In this document: positions 21,801 to 31,947 of the stretch, in pieces
Numbering within the stretch: the stretch's first letter is position 1
How the letters are laid out: each line of letters starts with the position of its first letter
Source of the DNA: an uncultured Planctomycetaceae bacterium
Lineage (GTDB): Bacteria; Planctomycetota; Planctomycetia; Isosphaerales; Isosphaeraceae
Assembly: GCA_963833985.1 (NCBI GenBank)
Contig: CAWIAD010000002.1
Span: 4,000,001 to 4,064,000, forward strand
DNA length: 64,000 nucleotides
Reading direction: 5' to 3'
Notes under the pieces: generated by a model
Told to the model about the DNA's origin: nothing
What the model saw: the letters and a program-made list of their open reading frames with translations, nothing else
Databases searched by the model: none
Program-made: the position numbers and the translations under genes

Positions 21801-22888
21801 CCGCCGCCCGGCATGCGATCGGGCTGGCCCTGCTCAACCTCGGCAAGCTCGATGACGCGGCCGAGTACCTGAAGCAGGCCCTGGCGGTGCGCCGGCAGAT
21901 CGTCGCCAGCGATCCTGCGCGGCACGAGTCTCGGCTCGACCTGGCCGCGACCCTGGTCGGCCTGGCCGAGATCGATCGCAGAGCCGGCCGGGCCGAGCGT
22001 GCCAGGGAGTGGTGGGGCCAAGCTCTGCCGATGCTGACTCAGGCCATCGAGTCCCGGCCGGCTGACCGGCTGGCCTGGCAGCTTCTGGGCCTGACGCACG
22101 CCGGCCTGAACCACCCCGAGCAGGCCGCGCGGGCCTTCGCCAGGCTGATGGAGGTGCTGCCCCAGACGAGCTACAAGGGTCTCTGGTGGTATCCCGATCC
22201 CGCCACGATCGGTGAGCTGCTCGCCCCGTACGACGGCATCTTCGCCCGGGTGGTCCAGTTGCGGCCCCGGGACCGGACCCTGCTCATTGCCCGCTTCCAC
22301 TATCTCGGCCGCCGCAGACGCTGGCGGGAGGCGGCCGAGATCGTGGCGCGGCTCGTCCAGCAAGACCCCGACGACAACCCCGACCGGCTTTACGACCGTA
22401 TTCTCCGCTATCATTGCGGCGATTTCCGCGGATACGAGCAGGGCTTGCGCCGGGAGCTCGAACTCGTGGGCGGGCCGACGCCTCGGGAAGGAACGCCCCG
22501 TGAAAGCTGGGTGTTCTGGATGCCGCCGGGCGCAGGGCCGCTCGCCGTGGAAGCGTACCGGAATGGCCAGTACGCCGCGGCGGTACGATATTGCAAGGAA
22601 AGCATCCGCACGACCGGCCACTCCTACTTCCTGACGTTGACTCATCTGCTGCTTGCCATGGCCCATCAGCAGCTTGGGCAATCCAGCGAGGCCAGGAAAG
22701 AGCTGGAGGTGGGGCGGGGCCTGGTCAATCGCCTGGGACGAGGCACCGGCTACCACTTCGCCTCGGGAGCGGGCGAGCTGCTGGACTACGGGTGGACCGA
22801 GTGGCTGCATGCAGGGATTGTCCTGGACGAAGCCGAGGCGCTCATCCTCTACGATCCGGCCTTCCCCGCCGCCCCCTTCGCCCCATGA
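18808..22888 (+). CDS. Hanks-type Ser/Thr protein kinase with TM segment and TPR repeats (frameshift near 21490)
   Basis: GRGGMGVVY, VALK, HRDIKPSN, DFGLAK, GTLRYMAPE; N-terminal LAEEFAERYRRGERP; TPR-like repeats continue in ORF 21422..22888, ending PAFPAAPFAP. Confidence 0.9.
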
Positions 22889-22913
22889 GCGATCGCCGGG
22901 GAACCTCGCCCCT

Positions 22914-22941
22914 CACACCGGGATCTCGAAGCGTGGTGGCC
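22914..22941 (+). repeat. Direct motif M, copy 1
   Basis: CACACCGGGATCTCGAAGCGTGGTGGCC, 25 bp after the kinase stop. Confidence 0.65.
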
Positions 22942-22970
22942 GCCTAGTGTCGGCCCCAGGCGTCGGACGG

Positions 22971-24137
22971 TCTGATCGTCTGATCGCCTGATCGCCTGAT
23001 AGCCTGACCGGTTCACGAGCGGTCGACCGTCTGATCGCCTGATCGCCTGATCGTCTGATAGCCTGATCGCCTGACCGATGGTTGTAACATGCATGCAGAT
23101 TGGTAGGGTGTGTCAAGCGTAGCGAGGCACACCGCGTTGGTTGTAACATGCATGCAGATGGGTAGGGTGTGTCGAGCGTAGCGAGGCACACCGCGTTGGT
23201 TGTAACATGCATGCAGATGGGTAGGGTGTGTCGAGCGCAGCAACGGCACACCGCGTTGGTTGTAACATGCATGCAGATGGGTAGGGTGTGTCGAGCGCAG
23301 CGAGGCACACCGTAAGCATAATACAGAGAAGCAACTTGCGACGTCAGACGGAGCTGCGGCCTGGTGTGCCTCGCTGCGCTCGACACACCCTACAAGGTGA
23401 TCATCATGAGCGCCTTGAGCGCCTGATCGCCTGACCGTGTGAGCGCCTCACTTCCATCCCCGCTGGGTGGTCTGGAAATCTCATTGGTAGGGTGTGTCAA
23501 GCGCAGCGACGGCACACCGCGTTGGTTGTAACATGCATGCAGATGGGTAGGGTGTGTCGAGCGTAGCGAGGCACACCGTAAGCATAATACAGAGAAGCAA
23601 CTTGCGACGTCAGACGGAGCTGCGGCCCGGTGTGCCTCGCTGCGCTCGACACACCCTACAAGGTGATCATCATGAGCGCCTTGAGCGCCTGATCGCCTGA
23701 CCGATGGTTGTAACATGCATGCAGATGGGTAGGGTGTGTCAAGCGTAGCGAGGCACACCGCGTTGGTTGTAACATGCATGCAGATGGGTAGGGTGTGTCG
23801 AGCGCAGCAACGGCACACCGCGTTGGTTGTAACATGCATGGAGATGGGTAGGGTGTGTCGAGCGCAGCGAGGCACACCGTAAGCATAATACAGAGAAGCA
23901 ACTTGCGACGTCAGACGGAGCTGCGGCCCGGTGTGCCTCGCTGCGCTCGACACACCCTACGGATGCTTCCATCCCCCAGGCGATCAGGCGATCAGGCGAT
24001 CAGGCGATCAGTGCCTCGCTGCGCTCGACACACCCTACAGATGCTTTCGTCCCCCCAGGCGATGAGGCGATCAGATGCTCTGACGGTCAGACACTCAGGT
24101 GTCAGGCTATCAGGCGATCAGGCTATCAGGCGATCAA
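22971..24137. repeat. Mosaic REP array (9 forward and 4 reverse GTAG-REP copies) bracketed by inverted 8-bp tandem repeats
   Basis: GTAGGGTGTGTC(G/A)AGCG(C/T)AGCGAGGCACACC at 23103, 23162, 23221, 23281, 23487, 23547, 23729, 23788, 23848; reverse copies end at 23393, 23659, 23960, 24038; (CTGATCGC)n at 22971-23075 and (GCGATCAG)n at 23978-24010 and 24103-24137. Confidence 0.92.
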
Positions 24138-26333
24138 GTGGTTCGAGGTCGGGCGGAAGCGCTTGCACCTCCGGATCGTCGTCGGCCTGGGGCACACGCC
24201 AGTACCAGGCATCCGGTGCTTGAAACGACTCGATGCGCAGCACCCGCTTGGCGCGGCGCAAGGTCGCCTCCGGGATCCCCCTTCGCTTCGCCTCGTCGAA
24301 GACGGCCGTCGCGCGGATAGGGCGCTCGCCGACGAACTCGCGGAGGAACTCCCGGGCGCGGTCGACCCCGGCAGCCTTATGCTCCTCGGGATCGGCCAGG
24401 GCCTCCTCGGCGGTCATCCGCACCAGGGCCGGCTCCCAGACGAGCTTGAGCGTCGCTCCATCGATGCGGAAGGCCAGACCGGTGTTGTCCGGTCCCTGGT
24501 TCGCCTTCATCGGCAGCAGCAGCCGGCGGGAGGCGTCGTCGCGGTCCTTCACCAGGGCGTACGCGGCGCGGGGGGCGGCGGTGTAGGCCAGCGAACCCAT
24601 CACCCGCGTGAGCGCCCGGCCGTTGCCGTTCTTGTTCAGGTGCGTGACCAGGAGCACGGTCAGGGCGTGCCGCCGGGCCAGTTCGTGCAGGGGCGCCAGC
24701 GCGGCGCGGACCTCGGTGCTCCTGTGGTCGTCGATGTGCCCGACGTAGGCGGTCACCGGGTCGATGACCACCAGCTTCACGTCCCGAGTGGCGCGGATCG
24801 CCTGCTCCAGCGGCGGGATGTCGGCGAGCGTGAACGGGCGGACCCTCCGTCCGTCCACGAAACGAGACGTGTGGTCGACGACCTCCAGCGTGAAGATCTT
24901 CAGGCGGTCGGCACCGGCGGCGACCAGCCGGTTGGCCACGGTCGTCTCCAGGTCATCCTCGGCCGAGAGCAGGATCACCGAGCCCAGGGCGCGGGGACGT
25001 TCGCGTCGTCGGGCCAGGGGAGGCCGCGGCTGACGCGGGCCGCCAGGTCGATGGTCAGGAACGACTTGCCCAGCCCCGGGTCGCCCGCCAGGGTGATGAT
25101 CTCGCGGGTCGGCAGCCAGCCGTGCCAGAGCCACTGGATCGGCCGGGGCTCGACGTCGGCCAGGCAGGTCAGCACCGCGCCGTGGTCGGGCACGGCCTCG
25201 CACAGGGCCTCGGGCGCGGCGGTGGCGGCGGCCTCCAGCCGGTTGCGGCAGTCTTCGTCCGTCCAGCCGTCGGGCACGCCGACGTCCAGCCAGTCCGCGG
25301 CGTCGGCTCCGTCCGGGACCGGCCCGGAACCGTTCCAGACCGCGTCCAGCCGCACGACCCTCACCGTCGACGGCGGCGGATCGACCGCGGCGAGCAGCCC
25401 GAGCACGGACTTCAGATAGCCTTCCCCGGCGCGGTCGGCGTCGGGCATGATGATGACCTCGGAGCCCGCCAGCGGCGACCAGTCGGTCTTGGGGGCGGCG
25501 GAGGCTCCGTGGCTGGAGGTGGTGACGACCAGGCCAAGATTCGCCAGGGCGTCGGCCGCCTTCTCCCCCTCGACGACGTAAACCTTTCGCACTGCAAGGA
25601 CTTCAGTCAGCCGATAGAGGGGCAAAGGCCCGGGCGGATCACCGGGGAGCCAGAGCCCGGGTGACGACTTCGCGCGCTTCGCGTCGTCGAGCTGGGCGGG
25701 GTGGACCGGTCGGTACGACTTGCCGTCGGGGCCGTCGAAGCGGAAGACGATCAGCACGGGCACGCCCTGCTCGTCGTGATAGATCCACTCCCCGGTCGGC
25801 AATCCCCAGGCGCGGATCATTCCCCGGACGGCCCGCCTGGGATCGCCCCGCGGCTCGAACCCGACCGGAGGCGGACCCATGCCGGGCACGGTGGACACGG
25901 TGGGCACGGTGGACAAGATTTCGGGCACGGTGGACACGGTGGACACGGTGGACAGCGCGTCGGACACGGTGGACACGGTGGACATGGTGGACAGCGCGTC
26001 GGGCACGGTGGACACGGTGGACACGGGGGACACGGGGGACACGGGGGACGGATGAGGCCGGCCATCGGCGCGGGGCGGGAACAGGTCGGCCGGCGCGAGG
26101 TTCAGCGGGCCAAGGATCTCGGGCAGCGAGCAGGCCCGGCCGGCGTCATCCACGTGGTGGCAGTAGAGCAGGACGCGGCCGTCGTCGGCCCGGCGGATCG
26201 ACAGGTTCCGGCGTCGTCCCTGGTGCGACGGGCAGCGGCTGTGCCAGCCGTCGGGGCCGGCGGGAAGCGGGTCCATGCCCGCGCGTCGGAGCGCGGAAAG
26301 CACGTTCTCTAAAGGGTTTGTTTCAAGATGCAT
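24118..26333 (-). CDS. Primase-helicase fusion: Zn-finger, TOPRIM and AAA_25 (RepA-like SF4) domains (frameshift near 24990)
   Basis: CPSH...LLYCH, VYVVEGEKAADAL, IMPDADRAG, Walker A GDPGLGKS, SAEDD, LVVIDP, LVTHLNK; ATG 26333 preferred over TTG 26354. Confidence 0.85.
25884..26050. repeat. In-frame 9-bp minisatellite inside the primase gene
   Basis: GGACACGGT/GGGCACGGT/GGACACGGG units encoding SPV/STV repeats. Confidence 0.9.
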
Positions 26334-26497
26334 GGCGGCGTCGCCTTTTTTCAAGGAGAGTCAGACCAGACCAAAGGTTGAAGCGATCGCAGGGGTTGTG
26401 ACCATCGCCCCCTCTTAATGAGGTTACGATAAAGCTGCCCCCTTTCGCCGGCCTTTCCGCCGCAGCCAGCCCATTGCCCTCAACCCGAGCCCACCCA

Positions 26498-26528
26498 CAT
26501 ACTGGGATGTGGAACCATGGGTGGCCCC
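26498..26528 (+). repeat. Direct motif M, copy 2 (diverged)
   Basis: CATACTGGGATGTGGAACCATGGGTGGCCCC, about 40 bp before the FkbM start. Confidence 0.55.
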
Positions 26529-26567
26529 GGATGACCCTCCCAGATGTCCCTGGCATGTGGAATTCAG

Positions 26568-27521
26568 ATGAAACTCACCGGACCGATCAAGCGACTCTTG
26601 CCCCACCTACCCGAACCGGTGCTCAAGGCAGTATCCCGATGGCGGCCGTCCGTGCTTTGTCATTTGCGACCAGAACAACTGGCTGAACTTCTACCTGGTC
26701 TCTCGCCCCAGCAGCTCGACGAGCATCCGTACCTGCTCACCCTGTTGCCGGCGGGCCGGTCGTTCCGCTGGCCGCATTACCTGGGAAACCTCTCGATCTG
26801 GGTGGATACCGCCAACGAGATTGAGCGGGCCATGCTGAATGGTTACGAGAAAGACGTCATCGATGCGGCCAGGCGTTTCGTCCACAGCGGCAGCTGCGCG
26901 CTCGATGTGGGGGCAAACGCGGGTGCGGTCACGCTCCTGCTGGCAGAGCTGGTCGGGGCGACTGGACGGGTCACCGCTGTGGAACCCGGTCCGCCCTTTG
27001 CCGAGAGGCTCCGCGCAAACCTGGCGTTGAATCCCGCACTGGTGGATCGGGTGGTCGTGGCTCAGGTGGGACTGTCGGACGCCCCAGGGACGCTGATCTG
27101 GGCTCGCGGTCTGAACAACCGGAACAACGGGGCGCTCTCCGTCACCTTCCCCGGCATCCGCCCGGAGCAAGTCGAAGTTCCTGTCACAACCCTTGACGAT
27201 TTCATGGCGAGCCAGGCACAGGACCGTCTGGACTTCATCAAGATTGACGTCGAGGGGATGGAACTGGAAGTACTGAGGGGGGGACTTCACACGTTGCAGA
27301 CACTCCGCCCGGTCGTGTTATTCGAAACCCTGGAGCCATTCCGCGCCATCAGACGTGAGAACTCCGGGATTGCGGATATCTACGCTGAGATCGAAAAGCT
27401 TCTGGAAGGTGTCGGCTATCATTTGTACGCTCTGCGGGAGGGCGGGGCTCTGGAGAGAGTGACGTCCTCCTGCCTGCCCGACAATACCCTGGCCATACCG
27501 ATTGGCCACCAAGGTACTTGA
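26568..27521 (+). CDS. FkbM family methyltransferase
   Basis: ALDVGANAG, VTAVEP, VTTLDD, FIKIDVEGMELEVLRG. Confidence 0.9.
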   Translation: MKLTGPIKRLLPHLPEPVLKAVSRWRPSVLCHLRPEQLAELLPGLSPQQLDEHPYLLTLLPAGRSFRWPHYLGNLSIWVDTANEIERAMLNGYEKDVIDAARRFVHSGSCALDVGANAGAVTLLLAELVGATGRVTAVEPGPPFAERLRANLALNPALVDRVVVAQVGLSDAPGTLIWARGLNNRNNGALSVTFPGIRPEQVEVPVTTLDDFMASQAQDRLDFIKIDVEGMELEVLRGGLHTLQTLRPVVLFETLEPFRAIRRENSGIADIYAEIEKLLEGVGYHLYALREGGALERVTSSCLPDNTLAIPIGHQGT

Positions 27522-27654
27522 CCCGGCCTTCCCTGACCCGGCGATAGGCTGGTTCTCGGACCTGCTCCACAAGGATGACGATGTGGGGCTCTGGCCAGCG
27601 GCTCTGAACCAGGTCTTGACGAGGGTCGAGAAGTCCGCCGGGTCGCGCCGCCCG

Positions 27655-27686
27655 CACACCGGGATCTCGCAGTAGGGCTGGCCCCC
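27655..27686 (+). repeat. Direct motif M, copy 3
   Basis: CACACCGGGATCTCGCAGTAGGGCTGGCCCCC. Confidence 0.65.
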
Positions 27687-27735
27687 AAAGGCACCATCCG
27701 GAACGCCCGGTGCGTCGGCGCCGGATCTGACCCCC

Positions 27736-27822
27736 GGTGCGTCGTCGCTGCGCTGGAGACACCCTACGAGTGCAACATGCATGCAATTTGGTAGGGTGTG
27801 TCAAGCGGAGCGACGGCACACC
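27736..27822. repeat. Back-to-back pair of the same GTAG-REP family as the 23-kb array
   Basis: Reverse copy ends ...CACCCTAC at 27767; forward GTAGGGTGTGTCAAGCGGAGCGACGGCACACC at 27791; shares the AACATGCATGCA linker. Confidence 0.85.
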
Positions 27823-27895
27823 GCGTTGACTGTAACAGACATGGCGGCCAAGGCTGCCAGCATCAGACAGGCGGGGCCAGACAGGCGACCACTCG

Positions 27896-27975
27896 CACAC
27901 CGGGAACTCAAAACGTGGGTGGCCCCCAACTGGCCCCCCAACTGGCCCCCCCAACTGGCCCCCGACTGGCCCCCC
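27896..27975 (+). repeat. Direct motif M, copy 4, followed by tandem reiteration of its 3' end
   Basis: CACACCGGGAACTCAAAACGTGGGTGGCCCCC, then five TGGC(C)n units joined by AAC/GAC. Confidence 0.75.
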
Positions 27976-28139
27976 TGCGGGCGATGGCTTTCTCGGGGGG
28001 CGGCAGGGAGGGTCATTGAGTCGCTGGCTCGCGTCCGTTATCAGTGATGGTCGAGTGCCGGCTCCGGGCCGTCCGTCGGATCGGATCGGCTCGGGATGCC
28101 CGGCGCACACAGCCAGCTTGCTCCCGGAGACCGACGCCC

Positions 28140-29186
28140 ATGGGATCGACCAGCCCGACAACCTACCGCTTCTCGTTCGGCCCCTGGAACATCAGCACCG
28201 GGGCCGACCCGTTCGGACCGCCCGTGCGCCAGGAGATGGAGTACGCCCGTAAACTCAAGACGTACAAGGAGCTCGGCTTCGACGCCGTGCAGTTCCACGA
28301 CGATGATATCGTGCCGGCCGACCTGGACTGGCCCAGCACCCAGCGCGGGGTCGCCGGGGTCAAGAAGATCCTCGACGGCGAGGGCCTGTTCGTGGAGATC
28401 ATCGCGCCCCGGCTCTGGGAAGACCCCCGCACCATCGACGGCGGGTTCACGGCCAACAACCCGGCCGACCGGCAGTACGCCCTCGACCGCGCCAAGCGCT
28501 GCGTCGATATCGCCCGCGAGGTCGGCTGCAAGAACTACGTCCTCTGGCTGGCCCGCGAGGGCTCGTACATCCGCGAGGCCAAGGACGCGAAGACGGGCGT
28601 GGCGCGGATCGTGGACGCCTGGAACACCATCCTCGAACATGACCCCGAGATCCGCGTGCTCGGCGAGGCCAAGCCGAATGAGCCCATGGACCAGGCCTAC
28701 TTGCCCACGGTCGGCCACATGATGGCCGTCACCTACAAGACCACGGACCCGGCCCGCTCGGGCGTCCTGATCGAGAGCGCCCATTCCATCCTGGCGGGTC
28801 TCGACCCGGCCGATGACATGGCGTTCGCCCTCTACCACGGCAAGCTCTGGAGCGTGCACCTGAACGACCAGAACGGACTGAAGTACGATCAGGACAAGGT
28901 CTTCGGCTCGGTCGACCTGCGCCGGGCGTTCAACCAGGTGTGGACCCTGGAGCAGAACGGCTACGGCCGCACCGGCGAGTGCGTCGGCCTGGACGTGAAG
29001 GCCATGCGCACCACGGTCTTCGAGGAGTCCGTCTACCACCTGTCCCACTCGAAGACCATGTTCCTGCGCCTGCTCGACGTGGTCCGCGCACTCGACGTGG
29101 CACGGGTCGAGACCCTGCGGAAGAACCGTCAGTACGAACAGCTTGAAATGCTCATCCTGAACACGCTCATGGGCAGATCAGGCTGA
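28140..29186 (+). CDS. xylA: Xylose isomerase (class I-like TIM barrel)
   Basis: FSFGPWN..GADPFG, VQFHDDD, WLAREG, EAKPNEP, HLNDQ...DQD, LDVK. Confidence 0.75.
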   Translation: MGSTSPTTYRFSFGPWNISTGADPFGPPVRQEMEYARKLKTYKELGFDAVQFHDDDIVPADLDWPSTQRGVAGVKKILDGEGLFVEIIAPRLWEDPRTIDGGFTANNPADRQYALDRAKRCVDIAREVGCKNYVLWLAREGSYIREAKDAKTGVARIVDAWNTILEHDPEIRVLGEAKPNEPMDQAYLPTVGHMMAVTYKTTDPARSGVLIESAHSILAGLDPADDMAFALYHGKLWSVHLNDQNGLKYDQDKVFGSVDLRRAFNQVWTLEQNGYGRTGECVGLDVKAMRTTVFEESVYHLSHSKTMFLRLLDVVRALDVARVETLRKNRQYEQLEMLILNTLMGRSG

Positions 29187-29228
29187 TCCGCCTGCTTGCT
29201 CCGCGCCCGGCCCTGTCTCGCGCCCGGC

Positions 29229-30788
29229 CTACTGGTCGCGGGGCGCCAGGCACCAGTGGATGGTCTCGAGCTCGGAGAGGTCCTTGGGAACCGGCTCGGG
29301 ACCGATCCACGAGCCGACCAGGCGCTCGTACATGCGGTGCAGCAGCTCGGTGCGCACCTCGTCGAACTCTGGCTCGGCGCCGAGGTCCGTGGTCTCGCCC
29401 GGATCGCGCTGGAGGTCGTAGAGTTTCTGGAAGGGTCCCGAGAGGGGCGATCCGGTCTCCAGGCGGTCTTTCCTGGCCCGCCGTCCCGTGCCGACGATGA
29501 GCTTGAACCGGTCGGAACGGACCATGGCCTCCTCGCTCTCGGTGTACTCGCTGAAGACCACGTCCCGGCCCTTCGCGCTGGGCTTCGCTTCCGCCAGCGG
29601 CACCAGGTCCATGCCTTGAAGCATCGGAGGCGCGGGAATCCTGAGCAGCCGGCAGATGGTGGGGAACAGGTCCACCAGCTCCACCATCTCGTGGACTTTC
29701 CGGCCCTCCGGCAGGTGGCCAGGCCAGCGCAGGACCAGCGGGACGCGGACCGCGGGCTCGAAGAAGCAGTTCTTCTCCACCCGCCCGTGCTGCCCCAGCA
29801 GGTAGCCGTTGTCGCCCAGGTACACCACCAGCGTGTCGCGGCCCAGCCCCTGGTCCTCCAGGGCCCGGATGAGGCGCCCCACCTGGAAGTCCGCGAACGA
29901 GAGCGAGGTGTAGTACGCCGCCTGGATGCCACGGAAATCGTCCGCGGTCAGGCTCCGAAACGCCAGCGGCTGCTCCGCGCGGTCGCGTTCGGTCATCGCC
30001 GGCACCGAGAACTGCTCCGGCCGGAACCGGCCCTGCCACTCGCGCGGGAACCGGAATGGCGAGTGCGGCTCGTAGAAGCTCACCACCATGGCGAACGCCC
30101 GGCCGTGGTTCTGGCGCATCACCTCGATGGCCTGGTCCGCGAAGTAACTGGCTTCGCTGGAGGCAGCGGGCAAGCCCTCGTCCTGGCAACGTGCGTTCAG
30201 CCACACGGCCGGCGCATCGACGAACGGCCGCCAGGGCCGGCGCAGGTCGCCGCCTTCCGGGGGATGGCTTTTGAGGTGCGCCCGCCAGTCGAGCGAATCG
30301 ATGCGGATGTCGAAGCCGTGCCGCGAGGGAGCATTGAAGTGCATCTTGCCGATCGCCGCGGTCCGGTACCCCAGGATGCCCAGCCAGCTTCCCAGCGTGA
30401 GTGCCCGGTCCGAAAGCTTCGTCTCCAGACGAGTCACGCCCGTGGCGTGGGGAAGCAGCCCCGTGATGAACGATTGCCGGCTGGGAGTGCACAGCGGCGA
30501 GTTGCAGTAGGCGCGCTCGAAGCAGACGCCCTGCCGCGCCAGTGCATCAATGTGCGGGGTCGGCCCGAGCGCATCGCCCGCGGCGCCGGTACAGAGCCCG
30601 CCGTGGTCGTCGGCAACGATCAGGAGCAGGTTGGGGCCGGCCCGCTTCGGTACAGGAACCTGGCCGTTCAGCTCCACCTGGGCGGCGGCCCGTTCGGGAT
30701 GCAGCAGGACCATCGCCGCCAGCAGCCCGACAGTGGTGCGGGAGAGGCCGCGAAGGAGCCGCACCGTCCGTTTCGACCACCACGACAT
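29229..30788 (-). CDS. Secreted formylglycine-dependent sulfatase
   Basis: PNLLLIVADD, CTPSR, GKMH, GDNG..LGQHG..EK, LYDLQRDPGE; signal peptide-like N-terminus. Confidence 0.9.
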   Translation of the reverse strand: MSWWSKRTVRLLRGLSRTTVGLLAAMVLLHPERAAAQVELNGQVPVPKRAGPNLLLIVADDHGGLCTGAAGDALGPTPHIDALARQGVCFERAYCNSPLCTPSRQSFITGLLPHATGVTRLETKLSDRALTLGSWLGILGYRTAAIGKMHFNAPSRHGFDIRIDSLDWRAHLKSHPPEGGDLRRPWRPFVDAPAVWLNARCQDEGLPAASSEASYFADQAIEVMRQNHGRAFAMVVSFYEPHSPFRFPREWQGRFRPEQFSVPAMTERDRAEQPLAFRSLTADDFRGIQAAYYTSLSFADFQVGRLIRALEDQGLGRDTLVVYLGDNGYLLGQHGRVEKNCFFEPAVRVPLVLRWPGHLPEGRKVHEMVELVDLFPTICRLLRIPAPPMLQGMDLVPLAEAKPSAKGRDVVFSEYTESEEAMVRSDRFKLIVGTGRRARKDRLETGSPLSGPFQKLYDLQRDPGETTDLGAEPEFDEVRTELLHRMYERLVGSWIGPEPVPKDLSELETIHWCLAPRDQ

Positions 30789-31149
30789 GATGACCGCCGC
30801 CGTTCTCTTTCGGACCAGAAATCGCGGATCGATCTGCCCCACTGTGGCCGTCGCCGGTGGGCTTCCGTCCATGGAACCGCTCACCCACATCTAGCATCTC
30901 CGTTGGATCAAGGTCAAGCCGCAGCGGGTCTCGGCCCCGGCCAGCGCGTGCGGACAGACCTCCGCCGCGTGCGGACTGACCTCCGCTTGCCGGTCCGGCC
31001 GCCAGGGGCGCTCTGCCATCTCCATCGCGCGTGCCCGCCTTCCTCGCGCGGAATGGCGGGATTGGCCGTTTTTTTTTGAGACACCTCGGCGATCTCCAGC
31101 GGAGTCGCCGTGCTCGACCCTGCTTCTGGCTGGCCGTGCCGGGGACGCG

Positions 31150-31660
31150 TCATTTCCTCGCTTCACCGACGAGGTGGGGAAGCTCGGGCAGGATGATCTT
31201 CGTCATGGCCAGCTCCACGGCCGCACGCGAGCCGGGCATGACCAGCACCGGGACGCGGCCGACCAGCCCGCCCAGGGCGCGGCTGAGCATGCAGGCCGGG
31301 CCAATCTGCTCGTAACTGAGCATCCGGAAGAGCTCGCCGTAGCCGGGCAGTGTCCTGGTGAGCAGCGCGGAGATGGTCTCGAAGGTCTGATCGCGCGGGC
31401 TGATGCCGGTTCCTCCGGTGAGCAGCACGGCCTCGACGTCCGCACGCGCGCACCAGCCCAGGACCATGGCGCGCATCGGCTGGGGCTCGTCGGGAACGAT
31501 CGCGCGCTCGACGACGCGATGCCCCGCGGCCTCGGCGAGCGTGACGATGAGCGCCTCCGGAGGTGTCCGAGTCGATGGTGCGGGTATCCGAGACGGTGAG
31601 CACCGCAAGGCCAAGCGCAGGGGGAGCGGAATCGCGATGCTGGGCGACGGCCTGGCTCAT
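31150..31660 (-). CDS. moaB: Molybdenum cofactor biosynthesis protein, MoaB/MogA family (frameshift near 31556)
   Basis: AVLTVSDTR...DTSG, IVPDE, TGGTGISPRDQT, LPGYGELFR, MLSRA, MPGS. Confidence 0.85.
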
Positions 31661-31947
31661 GTCTGACCTTTCTTTCTGTTCCTCGGCGAGACTCTCGATC
31701 AGGCTCCGGGTTCCTGGTCCCGGTCTGCCTCATTTTGATCGATCGCCCGCATTTCCGCCTCGTCGATTGCCAGGCCCGGAACGGAGCCGCCAGTGCGTGA
31801 CCCGCCCGCGGCCGGCGCGACGGGCGGTCACGGCAGGGATCGTACCTGCGACCGGAAGCGCACCGTGCCCGGTCGGGTCCCAGAACCTGGCCTACGGTAT
31901 TGGTAGAACCCTTGTTTCCCGCTGGATTGCGATTCGAGGACACCGAC

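Noticed and set aside
23080..24038. CRISPR array (regular units starting GTTGTAAC)
   Set aside because: Intervening sequences are near-identical rather than unique spacers, units occur in both orientations, and no cas genes are present; fits REP mosaics.
22849..24223. Multiple small ORFs over the repeat array
   Set aside because: Translations merely mirror the DNA repeats in several frames; no coding signal.
25701..26312. Gly-His-rich ORF and Cys-Pro-rich metallothionein-like ORF (25817..26065)
   Set aside because: Alternative-frame readings of the 9-bp minisatellite inside the primase gene.
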